Shown one piece after another: positions 57,299 through 64,000 of a stretch of 64,000 nucleotides of DNA (positions are counted from its first letter, which is position 1; every line of letters starts with the position of its first letter). This DNA is from Candidatus Eiseniibacteriota bacterium (GTDB taxonomy: Bacteria; Eisenbacteria; RBG-16-71-46). The stretch lies in the NCBI GenBank assembly GCA_041483195.1, contig JBGPFC010000001.1, forward strand, positions 128,001 through 192,000, given 5' to 3'. The position numbers and the translations under genes were made by a program. The notes under the pieces are model-generated. The model ran no database searches and had not been told where the DNA came from. It saw only the letters and a program-made list of their open reading frames with translations.

Positions 57299-58903
57299 CT
57301 AACGAAGCAGCGCGATGCGACGCTCGCGCACCGCGCCGTCGGCCGAGAGGCGCGCGATGTAGAGCCCGGCCGGCGCGGCGCGCCCCGCGTCGTCGAGACC
57401 GTCCCACACGTGGTCGTGCGAGAGCGCGGCCTCGGGGGTCGGGGGCAGCAGCGCACGCACTTTGCGGCCACGCAGGTCGAAGATCTCGATCGTGACGGTG
57501 GCGGCGAGCGGCAGATGGTAGGTGAGATGGACGGCGCCCGGGGCCGGCGACGGATAGGGCGGCGAGAACGTGACGATCGGGGGCGGAAGCACGGGCGGCG
57601 GCGGCGGCGGCGGGGCCACGGCATTCACGATGCGGCGGATCTGGCCGCTGCCCGGCACGAAATTCACGAACTGCAGGCAGTACCAGAGCCCGCCATCCGG
57701 GCCGATCGCGAAGTCGTTCACGGAGACCAGGCCCGTCGCCCAATTGGTCGCGTCCTGCTGTCCCGCGACCGGCGGCGCGATGCTCCAGTTTCCGCCGCCG
57801 TACTTCAGGCGGCGGAGAAATCCCGCGTAGTAGTCTGCGAAGAAATAATCCCCGTTGTACTCGAGGGGGAACGGGGCTGCCGCGAGCCTCGGCGCGCGAT
57901 ACACGCCGCCGCTCACGAACGCCGCGCTCCCGCTGCCGCTGCGATCGTACGCGTAAACCGGGGCGGTCGCGGGGAGCGGCAGCAAGCACGAGGCGTCGAA
58001 CACGGTCGCACCCTCGAAGTGCGGCCAGCCGAAGTCGAGTCCGCCGCCCGTCGCGCGGTTGATCTCCTCCCAGTGACTTTCCCCGACGTCGGCGATGTAG
58101 AGGTTGCCGTCGAGGGGATCGATGTGGAAGCGGAAAGGATTGCGGAGGCCGCAGGCCCAGATCAGCCGCGCGCGCGGCTGGTTCGACGGAAACGGATTGT
58201 CGGCGGGCGTGATGAGCCCGAACGCGGGGGGCCCGCCCGCCCCGGCCGGGAGCCCCGAGACATCGATGCGCAAAATCACGCCGCGCAGGCTCGACGTATC
58301 CTGCGCGGCGCACGAGCTCGCGTCGTCGCCGATGCTCGCGTACAGCATGCCGTCCGGCCCGAAGCGCACCGTGCCCCCGTTGTGACGCGCGTCGTTGTCG
58401 GGAATGGCGGTGAGCACGTCGTAGCGAGAGGCGGGATCGATCGCGAGGTTGCCGTTTCCCGTGAACGCGAGATCGCCGCCCACGGTGAGGCGCGTGATTC
58501 GAATCGCGAGCGCCGTCGAATCGTTGCAGTGGATGTAGACGTATGGCCGCGCCGGAAATTCGGGATCGACCGCGATCCCGAGCAAACCGCGCTCGGTCCC
58601 CACGGTGCGCACCCCCGGCACCCGAAGCACGGGGTCGGGCGACCCAAACGCCCCGTTCACGACGAGGCGGATCCGCGGCGGGCTCTGCTCGATGACGAAC
58701 AGCCTCCCGTCTGGAAGGAACGCCATGCCGGTCGGCAACTGCAGCCCGCCGATCACGAGCCGGTCGGCGAAGCCGTCGGGCAGCGTCGCCTGCGACATGC
58801 CCGCGCCCGGGGTGAAGAGCAGCAGCAGGAGTCCCGCCGCGAGCCATTCCACGCGAGGGAACGCGGCGCGCGGGATCCTCGGGCGGCCTGGCCAGCCGAT
58901 CAT
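57299..58903 (-). CDS. PQQ-dependent sugar (glucose/sorbosone) dehydrogenase with a FlgD-Ig C-terminal domain
   Basis: ERGLLGIAVDP, HNGGTVRFGPDG.LY, GLRNPFR, DVGE..WEEIN and FGWP motifs. Pro linker, then WDGLDDAG..APAGLY. Start ATG 58903 after GGAGGG. Confidence 0.88.
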   Translation of the reverse strand: MIGWPGRPRIPRAAFPRVEWLAAGLLLLLFTPGAGMSQATLPDGFADRLVIGGLQLPTGMAFLPDGRLFVIEQSPPRIRLVVNGAFGSPDPVLRVPGVRTVGTERGLLGIAVDPEFPARPYVYIHCNDSTALAIRITRLTVGGDLAFTGNGNLAIDPASRYDVLTAIPDNDARHNGGTVRFGPDGMLYASIGDDASSCAAQDTSSLRGVILRIDVSGLPAGAGGPPAFGLITPADNPFPSNQPRARLIWACGLRNPFRFHIDPLDGNLYIADVGESHWEEINRATGGGLDFGWPHFEGATVFDASCLLPLPATAPVYAYDRSGSGSAAFVSGGVYRAPRLAAAPFPLEYNGDYFFADYYAGFLRRLKYGGGNWSIAPPVAGQQDATNWATGLVSVNDFAIGPDGGLWYCLQFVNFVPGSGQIRRIVNAVAPPPPPPPVLPPPIVTFSPPYPSPAPGAVHLTYHLPLAATVTIEIFDLRGRKVRALLPPTPEAALSHDHVWDGLDDAGRAAPAGLYIARLSADGAVRERRIALLR

Positions 58904-59105
58904 GGGACACCCTCCGTCGCGGCATAGTAAGCGCAGCCGCCGGGCGTTGCGAATCACGGCGGACTCGTGAGCGCGGCTGGATCCGGGGCGCGGCATCGTC
59001 GCTGTGGAGGAATGGCCGCCCGCGGAGGTAGAATAGCGGCCCGCGGGCGGCCCCGCTTCATCGCGTCGATCGTCGCGGACCGCGCCCGGATCCCATGGAG
59101 CCTCG

Positions 59106-59918
59106 ATGACCCACGCACGCGCCATCCTGCTGGTCGCGGTGGCGAGCATGCTGGCCGGCTCGCACCCATCGCCCGCGCATGGCGAACCCCATTGCGCCGC
59201 GAGCGCGAGCGTGGTTCCGCTCGATGGCGCGCCCGGCTGGTTCCGCATCGAGACGCCGCATGGCGTGACGCGCGCGCGCTGGCCAGCCTCCGGGCCGCAG
59301 GGTCCGGTGCCCGGTTTCTTCTTCCTCGCGCTCGATCAGTCGTGGGACGCCGACGGCAGTGCCGGCTCGGAGGTGGACACGCTGGTGGTGCCGGTCGGCT
59401 CCACGGTGGGATGGAGGTTGTCGCTCGGAATCCACACGCTCACGAACGGCACCGGACCGGACGACCCGCAGGCCGGAACGCGCTTCGACTACCTGCTCGA
59501 CGAGGCGCACCCGGCGTTCGATTCCACATTCACAACGCCCGACACCGTGCGGTTCTTCTGCTTCTTCCATTCGCCGGGCATGGCGGGGGTGCTCGTCGTC
59601 TCGGCGAACGCGTCGGTGCCCGGCGAAAGAATTCCGACCCGCATCAGCTTCTCGCGCCCGCCCACGCCGAATCCGACCCGCGGCACGATCTCGTTCTCGG
59701 TCGTGGTGCCTCGCGAGCAGAAGGTGGGCATCGACGTGATCGACGCGACCGGCCGCCATGTGGCGACGATCCAGCGCGGCGCGCTCGCGGTCGGCGAACA
59801 TCCGTTCAAGTGGCGCGGCCGCGACGATGCCGGGGCCCCCGCCCCCGCCGGGATCTACGTGATCCAGCTGCAGGCCGGCGCGCTGAGCGCCACGCGGCGG
59901 GTGAGCCTGCTGCGCTGA
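59106..59918 (+). CDS. Secreted cupredoxin (type-1 blue copper) with a FlgD-Ig C-terminal domain
   Basis: GSTVGW...GIHTLT and FFCFFHSPGMAGVLVV supply His, Cys, His and Met ligands. C-terminal domain PNPT...IDATGRHV...WRGRDDAG...GIY. Confidence 0.82.
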   Translation: MTHARAILLVAVASMLAGSHPSPAHGEPHCAASASVVPLDGAPGWFRIETPHGVTRARWPASGPQGPVPGFFFLALDQSWDADGSAGSEVDTLVVPVGSTVGWRLSLGIHTLTNGTGPDDPQAGTRFDYLLDEAHPAFDSTFTTPDTVRFFCFFHSPGMAGVLVVSANASVPGERIPTRISFSRPPTPNPTRGTISFSVVVPREQKVGIDVIDATGRHVATIQRGALAVGEHPFKWRGRDDAGAPAPAGIYVIQLQAGALSATRRVSLLR

Positions 59919-60156
59919 GGTGAACCGGCCCGATGCCTGACCGCGCCGGCCCGTCTCGAATTCGCCGCGGACCAACCGCAAGTACTCTCAAGGTTCACTA
60001 TCGGCCGCCCACGAAGGCGAGTAGGGTGCGGGGAGGCGATGGTCGGGGTCGGGAGTGCATGTGCGGACCAGGCGTGCGTTCGGCTCGGCATTGGTGCGGT
60101 CGGAGCGTCGCAGCGCGCCATCTCCCGGCAATTCGAACCCTCGTGGAGGACGCGCG

Positions 60157-61344
60157 ATGCGTTGGTTCCGGTCCATTCTCATCCTCGCCCCGCTGGTCAT
60201 CCTGATCACACAGGGCCTCGTACCGAGAAGCGCGAGCGGCCTGCCGCTGTTCGCGCGGAAGTACGGCGTGGAGTGCACCACCTGCCACATGGCATTCCCG
60301 CGTCTCAATGCGTTCGGGATGGCGTTCAAGCAGAACGGTTACCGGATGCCGGCTCAGAAGGGGGAGTCCCCCTGGGACTTGAAGGAATTTCCGCTCTCGG
60401 TGGTGGGCAACGTGGGGTACTCGTACACGAGCACCGATGCCGAGGATTCGAACGGCAAGCGCGAGCGCACCAATCTGAGTGAGTTCGTTCAGAACACTTC
60501 GGAGTTCCACTCCGCGGGAACGCTCGCCGAACACATCACGTTCCACTTCGACAACAACTTCGCCGGCGTCAGCGGTCCGCTCTTCAGCGGGATGGCGCTC
60601 GTCCAGTTCGACGATCTGATCAAGGACGGGGCGCTGAACGTCAAGACCGGGATCTACGACATCGACGTCCCGTACATCGCCGACTCCCGGCGCACCACGT
60701 GGACGCACTACCTTTCGCCCGTCACTCTGGGGGGCCAGGGCGTCGAGCTGAATGGCGAAAAGAGCGGCTGGACTTACGCCCTTGGGCTCAACACCAGCTC
60801 CAGGACCATGGGAAAGAAGGGCGACAAGACGCTGAACACGTTCGAGAATCCGTACGCCATGGTCGTGCGCGAGGTGCACGGCCAGCTGCTGACCGGTCGC
60901 GTCTACTTCGATCGTCAGGATCCCCGCGACACGACCCGGGCTGCGTCGGTCCACACGCAGGCCGAACTCAACGCATACTTGAATTCGGGACGCTGGGCCG
61001 TCATCCCGGGCATCACCTTTGAGAAATTCAACGATGCGGACAGCGCGCTCTTCGACGCGACCGACCCCGTCAACGGAGCGCGCGACAAGGTTCAGACGGC
61101 GCTGCTCGAGGCGCTCTGCCTCCTCGGCAAGAACTCGCGGTGGCTCGCGACGGGCCGTTACGAGATCAGGCACATGCCGAAGTTCGAGAACATCGCCGAG
61201 GAAGACGATCAACAGATCGTCGCCGATCTGTCGTACTACGCCAATGCCAACGCCCGGGTGGGCCTGGAGTGGACGCACAATTCGGACAACATCCATGGTC
61301 CGAAGATCGACCAGGTCCAGATGTTCGTGCACATGGGGTACTGA
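60157..61344 (+). CDS. Cyc2-like fused monoheme cytochrome c / outer-membrane porin
   Basis: Signal peptide, then LPLFARKYGVECTTCHMAFPRLNAFGMAFKQNGY, followed by a beta-barrel ending in aromatic ...VHMGY. Confidence 0.8.
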   Translation: MRWFRSILILAPLVILITQGLVPRSASGLPLFARKYGVECTTCHMAFPRLNAFGMAFKQNGYRMPAQKGESPWDLKEFPLSVVGNVGYSYTSTDAEDSNGKRERTNLSEFVQNTSEFHSAGTLAEHITFHFDNNFAGVSGPLFSGMALVQFDDLIKDGALNVKTGIYDIDVPYIADSRRTTWTHYLSPVTLGGQGVELNGEKSGWTYALGLNTSSRTMGKKGDKTLNTFENPYAMVVREVHGQLLTGRVYFDRQDPRDTTRAASVHTQAELNAYLNSGRWAVIPGITFEKFNDADSALFDATDPVNGARDKVQTALLEALCLLGKNSRWLATGRYEIRHMPKFENIAEEDDQQIVADLSYYANANARVGLEWTHNSDNIHGPKIDQVQMFVHMGY

Positions 61345-61365
61345 AGCGCTCCGCAACGCCGACGA

Positions 61366-61402
61366 CGAAGCCGGGATGACCGCCCTCCCGGCTTCGATTG
61401 TT
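61366..61402 (+). terminator. Rho-independent terminator-like hairpin
   Basis: 11-bp stem CGAAGCCGGGA / TCCCGGCTTCG followed by ATTGTT, between convergent genes. Confidence 0.6.
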
Positions 61403-61449
61403 CCCGCCGGAGCGGACCACGCTTTCGGAAAGCCCCCCGCCGCCCGGGT

Positions 61450-62475
61450 CTAAGCGCCGCCGTCCGGGTAGCGCGCCAGCGCGATCTCGGTGATGCGCTC
61501 GATCAGCTGGTTGTAAGAGCGCCCCGACTCCTTGGCGGCCATCGCGAATTCGGCGGTGGGGAGCAGATACGGATTGGGATTCACCTCGAGCACGTGCACC
61601 GTGCCGTCCAGGGCGACCCGGAAATCGATGCGGCCGTAGTCGCGCAGCCGCAGCGCCTGGAACGCCTGGATCGCCATGTCCTGGAGTCGCAGCACCAGCT
61701 CCTCGCCGAGATCGTCGGGGAGGAAGGGCCAGGTCGTCTTGTAGGCCTCGGTGTCCTCTTCCCACTTCACCTCGCTGCCCGCGATCCTGGGCGTGCCCTT
61801 CGGCAGCTTCGACAGATCGAGCTCGACCACCGGCAGCGCCTCCGGCTTCTCGTTGCCGAGCACACCCACGTAGAGCTCCCGGCCTTCGATGTACTCCTCG
61901 ATCAGCGCCGGCGTGTCGAATTCGGCGTGGATGTAGTCGATGCGCTCCATGAGCTCCTTGATGGAGTGACACACCGCGCCGAAATGGATGCCGATCGAGC
62001 CGTCCTCGCGGGCGGGCTTCACGATGACCGGGAACTGGATGTCGTGCGCGTGCTCGGTGCGCCCGCGGTAGACGGTCGCGAAGTACGGGGTGTGGATGCC
62101 GTGGAACGCGAAGATCTTCTTCGCGAGCGCCTTGTCCTGGGCGAGGTAGAGCCCGTGCGCGCCGGTGCCGGTGAATTTCCGGCGCAGCAGCTCGAGGTAG
62201 GCCGCGACGTTGGTGTCGAATCCGTCCTGCCCCGCGAACGATTCGACCAGGTTGAAGATGAGGTCGGTCTCGGATTGCGCGAGCTCGATCAGGCTCTGTG
62301 GGGTCCCGTCGAGGCGAAGGTAGACCGGATTGTGGCCCGCCTTCTTCAGCGCCTCGTAGACTTCCTGCACGTCCTCGTCTGCGGACTTGCGGCGGGGCCG
62401 TGCGCCGGTTTCGGCCTTCGGCTCGCCGTCTTCCCACCAGAACTCGTACAGAACGCCGATCCGCAGCTTCGCCAT
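61450..62475 (-). CDS. D-Ala-D-Ala ligase-like ATP-grasp enzyme
   Basis: IFNLVE, QDKALAK, VKPAREDGSIGI, EEYIEGRE, DYGRIDFR and LEVNPNP motifs. Confidence 0.88.
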   Translation of the reverse strand: MAKLRIGVLYEFWWEDGEPKAETGARPRRKSADEDVQEVYEALKKAGHNPVYLRLDGTPQSLIELAQSETDLIFNLVESFAGQDGFDTNVAAYLELLRRKFTGTGAHGLYLAQDKALAKKIFAFHGIHTPYFATVYRGRTEHAHDIQFPVIVKPAREDGSIGIHFGAVCHSIKELMERIDYIHAEFDTPALIEEYIEGRELYVGVLGNEKPEALPVVELDLSKLPKGTPRIAGSEVKWEEDTEAYKTTWPFLPDDLGEELVLRLQDMAIQAFQALRLRDYGRIDFRVALDGTVHVLEVNPNPYLLPTAEFAMAAKESGRSYNQLIERITEIALARYPDGGA

Positions 62476-62527
62476 GGCGACCCTCGTCGTTTCCGAATCC
62501 CGCGCCCCGTGCCGCGGGGCGCCCGCC

Positions 62528-63541
62528 TCAGCCCTGCACGAATCTGCCGCGAGTCAGATAGTTCATCGCGAGCGTGGTTCCGTAGGCCGTCAGTTCGACC
62601 AGCGTCGCGGACTCGCCCGAGCAGTCCACGTAGAGGTCCAGTTCCCTGCAGTTCCGCACGATGCGCTCGATCAGGGCGCGCACCAGCGGGCGCTTCACGC
62701 CGGTCCAGTACGTGATCTTGTCGGTCAGCGGCAGGCGGTTCTCCTCGACCATTTCCCAGGCGGGACGGATGCCTTTCCGCCTGCGGCCGCGCGCGATGAA
62801 CAGATCGGTCAGGTCCGATTCGAGCGCCACGTTGATCGCGGCGCCGTTCTGACGCGTGAGCCGGCGATAGTATTGCTCCACCGTCACCTTGAGGTCCTCG
62901 ACGGTCACGTCGAAATCGCCAGAAGACACGATCGGGTCCTGCTCGCGGACCAGGCGCGTGACTCGGTCAACATAGCGCAACTTGCGCATCGCGGGCCATG
63001 CTTTGTATTTCCGCCGCCAGTTCGAGCCGGGCGTGAGCCACACCGCGAAGGTTTCCGCGAAGTCCTCGTCCGGGTGCTTTTGCGCGTACCAGCCCGCGAT
63101 GTGCCGCACGTGCTTCCGGCTGAACGGCACCGGGCGGTAGTGATCGCGATAACGACGATTGTATGGGCCGAACATCTTGCGCCATTCGGGCGTCGCGAAC
63201 AGGCGGTACGCGTAGTTGAAAGCGTGTCCGGCCTCGTGGCGCATGTACATCATGATCTCGCGCTCGTCCTCGAGGTCGTTCATCTCGCGCTCGAGGCGCG
63301 CGAGCTGCGGATCGGCCAGGTAGAACGGAATCCCGATCACGGGCTGGCCGTCGGGGCAGCCCCACTCGTCCGTGAGGTAGCACACCGGATGGAAGCGATG
63401 CAGCCCCTTGCGCTCGAGCTCGCGCTGGAGCTGATGGACGAAACGCTCCACGGGCGAGCCCTCGAGCTTGAGGCCGAGCTGGCTGATGCGCTTGCCCAGC
63501 AGCTCGCGAACATCGGGCGTGGTCTTCTCGAAGTCGGGCAC
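62528..63541 (-). CDS. Putative zinc-binding metallopeptidase
   Basis: MRHEAGHAF (HExxH), IPFYLA and YAQKHPDEDFAETFAVWL motifs. Confidence 0.85.
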   Translation of the reverse strand: MPDFEKTTPDVRELLGKRISQLGLKLEGSPVERFVHQLQRELERKGLHRFHPVCYLTDEWGCPDGQPVIGIPFYLADPQLARLEREMNDLEDEREIMMYMRHEAGHAFNYAYRLFATPEWRKMFGPYNRRYRDHYRPVPFSRKHVRHIAGWYAQKHPDEDFAETFAVWLTPGSNWRRKYKAWPAMRKLRYVDRVTRLVREQDPIVSSGDFDVTVEDLKVTVEQYYRRLTRQNGAAINVALESDLTDLFIARGRRRKGIRPAWEMVEENRLPLTDKITYWTGVKRPLVRALIERIVRNCRELDLYVDCSGESATLVELTAYGTTLAMNYLTRGRFVQG

Positions 63542-63851
63542 GGCGGGCGATGCTAGTCGGTGCCCCCTTCACCCACAAGCGGCGCGGGACTCTGGGGCCG
63601 AGGGCCGCCGGGGTTCAGGCCGATCGATCGGGCCGGGCTCGTGCGCCGCCCGTCAAGCCCGGGCAAAGACTGTGTGTCGAAACGCACTCTTGGCCGGGCT
63701 GGCGCGTCCAAGCACTGCGCCATGACGCCCCGATCCGACCATCCCTGGACCGGGGCGCCCGAATGCGATTGCCGCACACGCCGCCCGCATCGATAGTGAC
63801 CTCGTGCGCTCGAGGCGGCGGTTCACGAAAGCCTCTCCCAAGGAGACTCAT

Positions 63852-64000
63852 ATGAAACGTTCGATCCCGCCGGCCCTGCTCGGCATGCTGGCGCTGCTCG
63901 CCGTCCACTCCCCCGCCATGGCGCAGACGCAGACCTTCAAGATCGATCCCGGACACTCGGAGGTCGGGTTCAGCGTGCGCCACTTCTTCTCGCGCGTCCC
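63852..64000 (+). CDS. YceI family protein (5' part, runs off the window)
   Basis: AGGAGA RBS, then MKRSIPPALLGMLALLAVHSPAMAQTQTFKIDPGHSEVGFSVRHFFSRV. Confidence 0.85.
   Translation, partial: MKRSIPPALLGMLALLAVHSPAMAQTQTFKIDPGHSEVGFSVRHFFSRV

Noticed and set aside
56093..58927. 944-aa plus-strand ORF and other long antisense ORFs (e.g. 28486..30648, 42554..44851, 44592..46829, 47378..49648)
   Set aside because: Shadow ORFs expected at this GC content. They lie opposite well-supported genes and have no motifs.
61450..62475. Canonical ddl gene symbol
   Set aside because: Lacks the N-terminal Ddl signature and is not in a cell-wall gene cluster.
63545..63850. Riboswitch or ncRNA in this gap and in the 14540-14970 and 59920-60156 gaps
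   Set aside because: No recognisable aptamer consensus by eye. An Rfam covariance search would be needed.

Overview
This is a very GC-rich bacterial window with about 55 densely packed genes. I found no rRNA, tRNA, CRISPR array or mobile element. Several secreted proteins end in FlgD-Ig/T9SS-like C-terminal domains and one ends in 'TTWGxxKxxYR', which suggests an FCB-group candidate lineage such as Ca. Eisenbacteria (inference). The main feature is a ~20 kb, 19-gene co-oriented cluster (14972-34811), many genes joined by ATGA/GTGA overlaps, behind a sigma-54-type promoter. It couples an Agl-Glt-core-like proton-motive-force machine (giant TPR, TPR lipoprotein, GltF-like protein, MotA/TolQ/ExbB, two ExbD, AgmX/PglI TonB-like protein) to heme-c lipoproteins (including a hydrazine-synthase-alpha-like propeller), a TlpA-DUF4266-DUF3570 module and four outer-membrane beta-barrels. 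A second cluster (51795-61344) gathers envelope redox proteins: an HzsA-like paralog, a PQQ dehydrogenase, a cupredoxin and a Cyc2-like cytochrome-porin fusion. Also present are an uncharacterised six-gene envelope operon (7891-14538), an EVE-ligA-polX operon, two hybrid histidine kinases, pruA, ftrA/rhodanese, a MEMO1-family gene and an ATP-grasp/metallopeptidase pair. All family calls come from motif recognition by eye, not database searches.
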